Source: Takakia lepidozioides
Lineage: Eukaryota > Plantae > Bryophyta
Assembly: GCA_030704615.1 (NCBI GenBank)
Contig: CM060733.1
Location: 42,594,001 to 42,658,000, forward strand
Direction: 5' to 3'
DNA length: 64,000 bases
Shown here piece by piece: positions 38,330-50,234 of the stretch. The translations under genes and the position numbers were made by a program. How positions within the stretch are numbered: position 1 is the stretch's first letter; every line of letters begins with the position of its first letter. The notes beneath the pieces are model-generated. The model was not told where the DNA came from and ran no database searches. It was given only the letters and a program-made list of their open reading frames with translations.

Positions 38330-41230
38330 CAGGTAATTCGGAAGCGCGCGGATGGAAATCCGGCGCCGAATTTCCATCCGCGCAGGTAGGGCGGTTCGCC
38401 AAATTTCCTTCAAGCAGGTAATTTGCGCGCGGATGGAAATCCGGCGCCGAAAGCAGGTAATTCGGATGCGCGCGGATGGAAATCCGGCGCCGAATTTCCA
38501 TCCGCGCAGGTAATTCGGATGCGCGCGGATGGAAATCCGGCGCCGAATTTCCATCCGCGTAGGATGGCGGTGCGCCAATTCCTTCAAGCAGGTAATTCGG
38601 ATGCGCGCGGATGGAAATCCGGCGCCGAATTTCCATCCGCGCAGGTAATTCGGATGCGCGCGGATGGAAATCCGGCGCCGAATTTCCATCCGCGTAGGAG
38701 GCGGTGCGCCAAATTTCCTTCAAGCAGGTAATTCGGATGCGCGCGGATGGAAATCCGGCGCCGAATTTCCATCCGCGCAGGTAATTCGGATGCGCGCGGA
38801 TGGAAATCCGGCGCCGAATTTCCATCCGCGTAGGATGGCGGTGCGCCAATTTCCTTCAAGCAGGTAATTCGGATGCGCGCGGATGGAAATCCGGCGCCGA
38901 ATTTCCATCCGCGCAGGTAATTCGGATGCGCGCGGATGGAAATCCGGCGCCGAATTTCCATCCGCGCAGGTAGGGCGGTGCGCCAAATTTCCTTCAAGCA
39001 GGTAATTCGGATGCGCGCGGATGGAAATCCGGCGCCGAATTTCCATCCGCGCAGGTAGGGCGGTTCGCCAAATTTCCTTCAAGCAGGTAATCGGATGCGC
39101 GCGGATGGAAATCCGGCGCCGAATTTCCATCCGCGTAGGATGGCGGTGCGCCAAATTTCCTTCAAGCAGGTAATTCGGATGCGCGCGGATGGAAATCCGG
39201 CGCCGAATTTCCATCCGCGCAGGTAATTCGGATGCGCGCGGATGGAAATCCGGCGCCGAATTTCCATCCGCGCAGGTAATTCGGATGCGCCCGGATGGAA
39301 ATCCGGCGCCGAATTTCCATCCGCGCAGGTAGGGCGGTGCGCCAAATTTCCTTCAAGCAGGTAATTCGGATGCGCGCGATGGAAATCCGGCGCCAAATTT
39401 CCATCCGCGCAGGTAAGTCGGATGCGCCGGATGGAAATCCGGCGCCGAATTTCCATCCGCGCAGGTAGGGCGGTGCGCCAAATTTCCTTCAAGCAGGTAA
39501 TTCGGATGCGCGCGGATGGAAATCCGGCGCCGAATTTCCATCCGCGCAGGTAGGGCGGTTCGCCAAATTTCCTTCAAGCAGGTAATTCGGCGCCGAATTT
39601 CCATCCTGCAGGTAAGTCGGATCGGTGCCATATGGATATTCGGCGCCGAATTTCGATTCGCCATTTATTTCTGAGCGAGGAATTACCTCCGTGCAGGTAA
39701 TTCCCATATAAGAATTACCTTCGTGCAGGTAATTCACATACAAGAATTACCTTCATGCAGGTAATTTCCAGATGAGAATTACCTTTGTGCAGGTAATTCT
39801 GGACGAGGAATAAACATCGATTGGAATTACCTGCAGGAAGGTAATTGTCATCTGGAAATTACCTGCACAAAGGTAATTCTTGTATGCGAATTACCTGCAC
39901 GAAGGTAATTCTTATATGGGAATTACCTGCACGAAGGTAATTCCTCGCTCAGAAATAAATGGCGAGTGGAAATCCGGCGCCGAATATCCATACGGCACTG
40001 ATCCGACTTACCTGCTGGATGGAAATTCGGCGCCGAATTTCCATTCATCCACGATTCGAATTACCTGCAGGATGGAAATTCGGCGCCGAATATCCATATG
40101 GCACCGATCCGACTTACCTGCTGGATGGAAATTCGGCGCCGAATTTCCATTCATCCACGATTCGAATTACCTGCAGGATGGAAATTCGGCGCCGAATATC
40201 CATATGGCACCGATCCGACTTACCTGCTGGATGGAAATTCGGCGCCGAATTTCCATTCATCCACGATTCGAATTACCTGCAGGATGGAAATTCGGCGCCG
40301 AATATCCATATGGCACCGATCCGACTTACCTGCTGGATGGAAATTCGGCGCCGAATTTCCATTCATCCACGATTCGAATTACCTGCAGGATGGAAATTCG
40401 GCGCCGAATATCCATATGGCACCGATCCGACTTACCTGCTGGATGGAAATTCGGCGCCGAATCTCCATCCATCCGAGATTCCACTTACCTGCTGGATGGA
40501 AATTCGGCGCCGAATCTCCATCCGGGGGATGGTCTCTGTCGGAGAGGTGCCGCCTCTCCGCCGCTCTGTTGGATATTCGGTGCCGAATTTCCGTCCCGGG
40601 GGTTGAAATATGACTGCCAGGTTCCGACCTCTCCCCCCTCCCCGACTTCATTGGAACGGCCCCGAATTGAAATTCGGCGCCGTTTTCTCATCTGTGGAGG
40701 TTTTTATGTCGGCCAGTTTTCGCTCTGACACGCCGACAACACTTCCTTTGGGGGGCCCGGATGGAAATTCGGCGCCGAATGGCCGTCCAGGGGATGTTCT
40801 CTGTCGCACACTGGCCGGCCTCTGTGCCCCAGGCGACTTCATCCGGGCGTCCCCTGTTCGATATTCGTTGCCGAATTTCCGTCCGGGGGTTGAAATGTGA
40901 CAGCCAACTGCAGGCCACTCCCCCCTCCCCGACTGCATCCGAATCGCCCCGGATGGAAATTCGGCGCCGTTTTTCCATCTGGGGATGTTTTTATGCCGTC
41001 CAGTTTTCGGCCTGACCCCCGACACGACTCCCTTTGGGGGACCGGATGGAAATTCGGCGCCGAATCTCCATCCAGAAGATGTTATCTGTCGCACACACTC
41101 CGGCCTCTGCGCCCGAGGCGACTTCATCCGGGCTTCCTCTGTTGGATGTTGGGTGCCGAATTTCCATTCGGGGGTAGTAATGTGACGGCACGGTGCCGGC
41201 TTATCCCCTTCAGCCGTCATCATCCGGACG
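38330..41230. repeat. Intergenic palindrome array with central inverted repeat
   Basis: Dozens of GGATGGAAAT(T/C)CGGCGCCGAATTTCCATCC copies in 53-bp monomers and 106-bp dimers. Linker polarity flips around a large inverted repeat centred near 39810. Confidence 0.95.
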
Positions 41231-41470
41231 GCCCCCCACTTTCTGACTGCATACCGTTGGCAGTTATTGCGCAAAGACGAGGGGCCGCATTCCGGAGACA
41301 AGGTTCATTAACACTCTGACTGTGGATTTTTGAGATAGTTGGCTCCCTGGATTTGGATCAGGCTTCGTCGCTCGGACAAATCGGCATCGCATTCATTCCC
41401 ATCGCTGCACCCCCTTCTACCAGGGAGCTTCCCCGCACGCCATCCTGGCAGTCTTGTGTGCACATCTCCC

Positions 41471-44400
41471 ATGGCGGAAAACCCGAGCGCTACAGTGTAC
41501 TGCCCTCCTCACGAGCATAGAGCTTCATTTCCGTGCAGAGGGGACACCTGCCGGGTGATGGAGAAATATCTGTGCGTTCGATACCACCTGAAACCGGGGT
41601 CGGTTTTTTTGGAGGAGGAAAGGAAGGACTCAAACGGCCTTGTTGTCGAGAGTATTGTTGTGCTCCACGATGATTTCGGCGATGGCAGGGAATGGCGAGT
41701 TCCACCATCGGACAGCGTCATATACAGGGCTGTTGGGGACTTCATTTGCCCGCCAAATGCACCGTCTATCCTGGCGCCTTCCACGAAACAATCCGCGAAT
41801 CAGAGAGTGGGTACCTCAAAGAGAGAAGTCCGCAACGAAGTAAATCCAGAGCCGAACCCATCCATGAAGACGACCGAGAACCGGGTTGTTCACAACCTGT
41901 CCGACTCAGACGAGGTCATGGAAGTTCCGAGGTCGTCCTGGAGATCAGGCAAGTCCTCAATGGACGTCAGTGGAGGAGGGAGTCATATTCCCAGCACGAG
42001 CACCGCAGTTCGATCTATTCTAGAAATTCTGCGAGGGCTTCACCTGGAGGGACACCGGTCGGAGCTGGCCGGGCTGGACTACAGCAAGTTCGCAATTAAA
42101 TCGGTTACATGCCTTCCCGCCGACGTCGACGGTAATGTCTTCTTTGAGTTCCCTCCTCGGGCGGACTACTCGAGGGCGTCCGGAATGTTGACAGATATGG
42201 ATAGAAAACATGACGGTCATCCTTGGTGCGTTACCAAAACCACCAGCATGAAGATGCTTGATGGTGTGCGGGTGCGCTACGTTGTTTGTGCGGGCGCGTT
42301 GCGGTGTTTCTCCCCAACTTGCTTCCACTTTAAATCCAGAGGTCACAGGAACGAGACCGATTGGACAGGCACAGCTCACCAACCATTTCGAGCTCAGGAG
42401 AAGGTTCCGAACTCCACATTTAAGTGTGCGCATTGCAAAGAACCACCACACTGCATGTCTGTTTGTAATGCCAAGCAGTTCTATGTGTTGCACCGTTTCC
42501 CTGACCTCACCCGAGCTTGCATACACGTTGGTTCCCATTGTCACAAATTGGCGAGGGGGAACTCGCGGGAGGCTGCCCACGAAGCAGAGCAGCTCGTTCA
42601 GGAGGAGGTTAAGTTGAGACCGGGTGCCAAACCCAAACAGATACAGCTCCAAGCCGCCCATAAGATGGCATTGGCCAGAATTATGTCGGAAGACGGCTCG
42701 GATAGAGTTCCTCTCGACGAGAAGGAAATGGAGGCATTGCTCGAGTCGGTGTCCCACGTATGTTCACCGAATGTCCGAAACCACATTGTCTCTTGCAAAC
42801 AGAAAATTGGGCGTGGCTCGGATATGCACTCCATTCTGGAGGTGAAGCGACGATGTGGATATGACTACATTCATGGAAGTAGGTTTCCAGGACAAGGGAC
42901 TGAGGCAGATCGTTGTTTCGTATTCAAAATGTCCACGTGTGGACCTGGCAGTGGCGTCGAACTGGTCGACAGGATGACGAGTGGGAACTTGTCAAACAGT
43001 TGGGTCATGTTCGACCATATCAAGCGAATTACAAATCACCAGTGGGTGACAATGGGTGCACATGTCTACGACACCCACTGCAGGATGCTAATGACAATTG
43101 CTATTTGTGAGATGAAAGGAGAGGACACACAATCGGAGATGCTTCTTTGGCAGGGAATAAACGAACAGATGGCCAAGGCGGGATTGCCCCCTCCCAATTT
43201 CCGTGGTTTCATGGCGGACAACGCACAAGCAAATTGGGCTGCCATCCGAAGGGTGTACGGGCAAGACCCCAATGTTCCCATGGAAGGCAAGGAGAGATCT
43301 TGTGGGTTCCACTTTCTGCAGAGCCTTTCGCAGTACACAACCAGGCTCGTGGCGCCAGATTTCAGAGAGGAGCACCGTTCCATGTGCCTTGCGTGGAAGC
43401 GCGCTCCCACCTTGGATGATGCAGAGACACAGTTTGCATGCATACGGGCTTGGTGGACATCGTCAGGTGCTGTAAGGAAATCAGACGAAGGAGCAATGGT
43501 CAGTTGGCTAGCATGGTGGCATTATCGTTTCCTCCAGTTCGGCGACTATATGCGGGAGGTGAGTTGCACGAATTCGCGTCCCGTTGGATATTATTCTTGG
43601 CCATATTTGTAACTTGCTTGTAACCTCAACATGTGCTTGTGCAGGAAATGTGTCTCGACTCCGACACCGACATGCCCACGACAAACATGGCCGAATCAGT
43701 GCACTCTTCCTGGCGTGCCTCCTCTGCGGCGCATCTGGTGGACATCCTCACTGCCACAACGGAGGACATTGTGAGGTCAATTATGCAGCAATGCAGGTAC
43801 AACGAGTTCTTGAAAGGGAAACAGTGGGGCTTGGGGCCGGACAGGCAGGAAATGCTGATGCGGACTGCCTCCAGATCGAAGAATCCTCGGAAGTGGGCGG
43901 CGGCCTTGCGAGAGGGCCTTCGGGACACGCCATTGCTGCGAAGAGGCCAACATTTGGAAGGAGATGTTCATACCCGTCCAGTGAGACGAAGACTTGACGA
44001 GGCACCTGGCGGAGAAGAGGATTCATGGCGAGCTGACAAGAATATTCGCACGCTCCCTCGTGGTCCGGTGATGTTGTCCGAGGAGGTCTCGTCGAGCACC
44101 GGAAGTCCTGCACGTTCAAGATCGCCATCTCCTTTGAGCACAGGGCGCGTGCCCCGGCAACATAACGAGCCATCTGTAGTAAAGCAATACAACATTCCCA
44201 TTGTGGAGACAAGAGTGTCGGAGTCACAGTGGAGAATTGCGAGGACATTGCCGGCATTTCGAGGGAAGTGTTGCGCCATCCGGGTGGATACGAGAGCACG
44301 CTGTGGTGAGATGATTCGGAGGAACCCACACGGTGCTGTACCTGCACCTTGTTTCAGCGGCAGATTTTTGACTCCCACATTTGCTCACGCCACAACGCAG

Positions 44401-45063
44401 ACATTTTGGTTCTGTAGGCACGACATAATGACCTGTGTATTTGGCAAGCCCAAGTACGGGATTCAGGGAATGCCGGAGCCTCCGGGCGTCTGGCCTGTTG
44501 CACCGGGTTGCAGCCTCTCTCAGAATGAGGCGGATGCTCTATCTGCAGCAGGATTTCGAATGGTGCAACGCACAGACATCCCGGCCCACGCATTTCCGGT
44601 TCCTCAGACCCAGCCATTGCATACTGCTCGGTCCAGTAGAGACGGATTGGACAATTCTGCACATCCCACAATGCGATTCGGAAGAGTGAAGAGACGACAC
44701 CCTCCCAACAAGTTGAATGAGACTCGGATTGCCAATGCTCTTGGGATGGCTTGCACTATTCAGAGCTCCGTGGACGTACCCCCACCCGGCCTTGGGCGTG
44801 TGTATCGGATGGCAACGGCCGGCTCGGCTGTACGCGACGATGTATACACAATTACGATTGGAGTGGAGCCGACTTGCAACTGTACGGACTTCTCGTTGAT
44901 GGAAGCAAAGAAGGGTTCGAAGTATTATCCGTGCAAGCATCTGTATTACATTTACCTGAAGAGGTTGAGGATGAACGTGACTATTGATGACTTTATTCAT
45001 GCACCGGCGTTGAGCGTGAACGAGCTGCACAAACTCCTTCTTAGGGATTCCAGAAATCATTGA
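41471..45063 (+). CDS. MULE-type transposase, ~1168 aa, two exons (41471-43558, 43645-45063)
   Basis: WRKY/GCM1-like Zn domain (DGHPW..C..C..CAHC..C..HVGSHCH), DDE core WVMFDH / FMADNAQA / CGFH / TTNMAESVH, and C-terminal SWIM CNCTDF..CKHLY. An in-frame GT-AG intron at 43559-43644; no internal stops. Confidence 0.88.
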
Positions 45064-45199
45064 TGGGGCAAACGGAATCCTCCATATGGATATTTTCAAA
45101 TGCATTTTGCTGTATCAGACTTTTTTTTTGCAGTGTAATGAAATGCACCCCAAAACTCCTGGAATGAGGCAATATTCCATTCAAACTGAGATCCAACAG

Positions 45200-45600
45200 A
45201 AGCAGTTCTGGGCCATTTCTGGAAAAATGGCGCCGAATTTCTCTTTTTGGGGCCGAAAACTCGCTAAGTCCCAACATGCACTGGTACCTGTGTTTGGGAA
45301 AATGGCGCCGAATTTCTCTTTTTGGGGCCGAAAACTGGCTAAGTCCCAACATGCACTGGTACCGTGTCTGGAAAAATGGCGCCGAATTTCTCTTTTTTGG
45401 GCCGAAAACTGGCTAAGTCCGAACATGCACTGGAAAAATGGCGCCGAATTACCTGTCATGAGGGGACCTATAGCCGCGGAATTCGGCACCATTTTTCGCC
45501 AGAGAGACCTATTGCCGCGAAATACGTCGCCGTTTTTTCAGGTTACGGACCCTATTACCGCGAAATTCGGCGCCATATTTGCACATGTCGCTAGGAATTG
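45200..45600. repeat. Right subterminal repeats of element A
   Basis: ~70-bp units GGAAAAATGGCGCCGAATTTCTC..GCTAAGTCCC and CCTATnnCCGCG motifs. The latter block is also present at 25120-25300 in element B. Confidence 0.8.
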
Positions 45601-46099
45601 GCATGAGCGGAAGACAAAATATCATGAGCACAACTGTCAAAAGTGCAATTTTCCCTTCAAGGGGCCGAATAATATATTTGTTTTTTCTGACACATTGCAT
45701 TAATTTATTGTTTTTTATTGTTTTTTATTTTCGAAATTTGTACTTCTGCTCATGAAAACCGATTGTGTTACTACTCTGCTCATGCCGCTCATGCCGCTCA
45801 TGCCGCTCATGCTCATGAAATAGCAAACCTCTGTTCTAAAGGAACAACTACGGTGGAGGAAGGGGATTCAACGTTTTCTAGATAATATGAAAATGAATAT
45901 TAAAAGAATACAGTTCAGTCTGACTCAGAGTCAGTACAATGTATCCCCTCTTCCTCTGCATCTAAGTCTAAGTATTTTAGAACACCGGATCCACGCTGGA
46001 TACACCTACGGCTGGCCACTAAAAAGTCAGGGGATAGGGACTCGGCCGCGTGAAGTGCCATTGCTTCGGCATAAACAGGAAGCAGAAAATTGGAAAGGG

Positions 46100-49000
46100 G
46101 GCTGACGAAAACAGACTCGCCAGAAATGACTGTATCTCCTGAAGATCCACCGCTGCCTTTCCTGAAAGACAGCTTGAAAAAGTTATTACTGTAACTTTGA
46201 TGTTATCGAGAAATTGAGTATGACTCCCAAAGAGGGTTTAGCACTTACTCACATGAAAAGTCATTGTCGACCTGCTTATCTTCGGGATCGTCATCATTTC
46301 AAATTTGAATCCGATCAGTCTGTGTGCCTGAAGTGGAGCCAGACAAAAGGGGGAGGAGCACGGTGTTGTAGAGGTCAGAATCACCCTCCATGCCAAAAAG
46401 GCTTCTTCCGCCTGCCTTGCATGCGTGGTAAGTTGCTCCTGCACCAGACAGGAGAACATGAACAGTTTGGAGGGGGGGATTTAAGCAGATGAAACTGTTG
46501 AAAGGAAACCAATTCGGAAGGGAAAAAACGAACCTGTGGACACAGAAAGATCGACCACCCGTGCAGAGCGGTGGCTGCATGACTCCAGCAGTATTTGCAT
46601 GAATGCTGGTGACTTTTCCCTTGCACCTCTCCAGGGAGTGCCATCTGGTCTCTTCAGAGTCTGACTGGACTGCATGAAGTTGTACAAAATGTCATCGACA
46701 TGGGGCTCATAGGGGGGTTGACGAAACAACCCTGGTCAGAAATCTCAAAGCTGCGGATGGAGGATGGTGTCTTTGATGTGCGAATCCTCCGCAGGCAGAT
46801 CGCCTCGAACATCCTCGTCTGGCAAAGATAGCAGGTTAGTGTGGTAAACACAATCTATAGTGGAAGTGTGTACATCGGCTATTCAGAACTCTGACACAAA
46901 AAAATCATGAATCGTTGATGATCAGTGTCGATCATAAAACATTCTACTAGAGTGGAGCTGCAGAGAAAATTGAAACTCATGATCAAAGCACAAGCAGAAG
47001 GGAGACGGCATACCAGCTGACCAGGGAAACCCCCTTTCACAAGGTAGAGGTTGTTCACACAATTCCATGTGCGCAAAACTTCAAACCCTGAAGACTTGAG
47101 GTATGATGCCAATGCCCGACGACTATCATTGTCACATGACTGAAAAAGCAGAAGTGTCCCTGCATCAGAGAGGAAATTGTTACAGAACCCGAACACCCAA
47201 CTCCAGTAGTTGTCCTCGAATTTGTTCCAGCCTGGCGTCTTGCCCTTTGGAAGAACTTCTGGCACAGCCTGGCCATCCGGGATGTCTAGAATGACAATGT
47301 CGGCCGCATAAGTTTTCTGCACACCGCACACGAAGGTGGGACCTGTGCTCACCTGCAACAGACATGTTTTTTATAAGAACGATGGCAAGAATGTTTTCAA
47401 AGAACGAGACTGAAATACTGCCAACGAAACTTTCAGAGAAAAAGGAAAGAAACTGGAATTCTCACCAGATTGAGGAATGAGATTATATTGTCCCAGGTAG
47501 GGGATGGCACCCCAGTGTATCCTCTCTTTCGACTCTGCATCATCGAAAGCCAACCCTCATTAACAATTTTCATCTCTCCTGCTGAATTAGAACGGGAAGG
47601 GTGTTGCTTGGCATCGAACACGCACTGAAGAGTGCGGGTATATCTTCCAGCAGTAAAGTCCTGCCCACTCTCCATCTCCTTTTCATTCTCCTTCCCCTTG
47701 TCCTTTTCCTTCTCTTTGGACTTGTCTTTGTCCTTTGGCTTTGCTGGTGAGATGGCTATGACATCAACAGCCTTGTCTTTTGGTTTGCGGCCCGCCTTCT
47801 TTCCCTTCTGCGGCGTTCCCTGAGCATCAGGCTCCTTGGCAGCCAAGGTTGCTATGTTTCGTTGATACTCTTCGTCAGTCAAAGGCGCCAGCATCTCAGC
47901 GTTATTGTTCAAGTATTTCATATGCTGTTCTTGAAAGGTCGTGTGCTCAGGTGGGCAGTCAAGGTACCACCCACAGTCTCTGAAGTGAGAAGGACTCCAG
48001 TCCTTCAATATCCTTGCAGTATACATGGTTGGATCGTTTGCAGGGTCCGACCACATGTCAAGATAGTCGGGAATTCCGCTCAGGTGATTTCCTTCCATAA
48101 GGACATATTTCGTGTACCTGAAAAAAGGAGATAAATCCCAACCCACAAAAGCGCTCAGTGAGTAAGATGCAAGTAGAACAGAAAGAATAAAACATAGATT
48201 GAAATGGCTCTGACAACTGCTCCAAGGACCTTTCAGGACCACACTACTGCTCCAGATATGAATGTCGTCAACGCCATTCAGAACATTCCATTCAATGACA
48301 CTGTAAATACATCCTAATCCAGGTGAATGCAAATAATCGTTTAGAAATGACACAGACATAGAAGTGAATGTCGTCAACGACATTCAAGAATGAAGCCAAA
48401 TTATTACTTAAATGAAGCAAAATCACAGGATGGAAATCAAAAAATTGAGTAAGGAACCCTCCAGGCAAACTCAATGCACATTCATAACGAACCTATCACT
48501 GAGGACCTCACAACATCACTGTATGTGAATGGCGTCAACGCCATTCACAAAAATACAAAAAAGAAACCAATTACTTAGCTCCCCAATCCATGTAAATTGA
48601 ATTTGTCGCTGTTGAATAATACAGACACAGCTGTGAATGTTGTCAACGACATTCACTTTGGATTTCTTAAAACAGAGCTTATCAAGCCTCCACAGTCATC
48701 GCAAGAGGCAAAAACAATGCAGAACAACTGAATGTCTGCATTGACATTCAGCAAAATGAAGTGAGGAACCCTCACTGTAACCTCTATGGACATTACAAAA
48801 ATTTAAATAACTCTGAGGACCTCTCAACAACTCCGTATGTGAATGTCGTCAACGCCATTCAAGGACATTATCAATTCTAATCAGGGACAATATAATTGCA
48901 CCCTTAGATCCTAACCAGGTGAATTCATATACTCGCTTAAGAATGACTTAGACAAAGAAGTGAATGTCGTCAACGACATTCAATCTGGATCTAAGATTGC

Positions 49001-50217
49001 AATCCATATGAAGCCACATTTTTTCCCAAAAAAACAGTAGAGTTTCAAGTATGACATTGCACCTGTACACAACTCGCATCATGGCCCACTCTCCTCCAAC
49101 CTGACTGTCAAAGTCGTTGGACCGTAAAATGTTACCATCTTTGGAGAACTCCCGGAAAAAACAGTATCTCCACGTGAGACCTCTCCACTTCCTTATGTAT
49201 GCCTCCAATGACATTTGGGGAGGGGAAACAATCGCAATGTTCAGGTCCTTCAAAGTCTGATCCAGCACAATGACGGCGCGCTTTTCGAGCTGCAAATAGT
49301 ATATTTGTCAGATTTGCAAAAAAGATACACATCACATACTTGAAGAGAAGAAACAGCATGTTCGAATACACACCTGACTCCAAAATGTAGCCTTGTGGAG
49401 CCAGTTATCAAAGACCAAATCACTGATTCCTTCCACCTTTGTGCCAGGCTGTATGGTGCTCTTTGGGAACTGATTCAAGTCTTTTACTGTTTGATCTGAG
49501 TTCCATATCTCCAGCCACCTTATTTTTGTTTGTGGGTCGACCATCGATATGGCCAGCCGGTGCAATTTCTCCTGCTGCATCTCCGGATGCACATGCTTGT
49601 CATAGTGTGTTTTGATCTGCTGAAGGAACTCAGGACCAAGTCCAGGATCTACTATTCTAAGCTGCTTTCCGAAGGCTGACATCAATTTGATTCTTCGCAT
49701 TTCAAACTCCTTCTTTATTGCAGCTTCCACACCCTTTGATGTCCTTAGTTCTTCTGGTGTAGTGCGGTAATATTCGGATTTCCCCTTCTCAGCTGCCTCT
49801 GCCAGTTCTTGCTGCATTCATTCAAGTAGTGATTAGCTCCGAAGGGACTACAAACATGTATTCGAAAAGTAAACAGATTACAGACTCGGGCTTACCGCAT
49901 ACATGTACTCCAGAAACGCCTCTCGTGTCAAAGAATACCAAGTGCCTGCAGCTCTTCCTGTTTCGCACTTCTTGATGATATTGGGTGGTAGTACTGTCCG
50001 AAAATCATCCAGCTTCATTAGACCAATCCTTTGAATTCGGAATAGTGTGTGAACCAAGCTTGTTGTCACATGCGATTTCTCTGTCGATCTGCAAAAACAT
50101 TGGAAACATTGCATTCCTTAACACTGTTTTTTGAGGATTAACAAGACACTACAGAGGGAATGAAATCTCCTGGATGACTTACTTGTTCACGTCGTGCATA
50201 GCTGTAAGAAGCACCTC
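46100..50217 (-). pseudogene. 3' part of a diverged ParB-MTase-like gene (subfamily C)
   Basis: Exons read EVLLTAMHDVNK, helical region, ADIVILDIPDG..GWNKFEDNYW..FLSDAG, PWRGAREKSPAFMQILLESCSHRSARVVDLSVSTG|ATYHACKAGGRSLFGMEGDSDLY, in clear beta-class amino-MTase motif order. Confidence 0.75.
48255..48985. repeat. Intronic spaced palindromes TGAATGTCGTCAACGACATTCA (about 7 copies)
   Basis: Copies at ~48259, 48365, 48526, 48634, 48729, 48840 and 48961, with 9-bp arms and a 4-bp centre. Confidence 0.85.
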
Positions 50218-50234
50218 AGAAAAGCCCACCTAGA

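Larger units (their letters stand above)
31241..45831 (+). mobile_element. Element A: ~14.6-kb MULE-like DNA transposon with transposase and ParB-methyltransferase-like gene
   Basis: Left TIR GGGGGCTGCTATTTCATGAGCGGCATGAGC.. at 31241 and right TIR ..GCTCATGAAATAGCAAACCTC ending at 45831, matching element B termini. No TSD match visible. Confidence 0.88.

Noticed and set aside
38330-41230. CRISPR array (palindromic ~30-bp repeats with spacers)
   Set aside because: The spacers are themselves repeated, there are no cas genes, and the context is a eukaryotic intron-containing transposon.
41339-41470. N-terminal extension of the transposase in the ORF track
   Set aside because: Starts at a non-ATG codon; alignment with subfamily C supports the ATG at 41471.
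48255-48985. CRISPR-like spaced 22-bp palindromes
   Set aside because: Spacing is irregular (about 95-160 bp), the spacers partly duplicate each other, and the array lies inside an intron.
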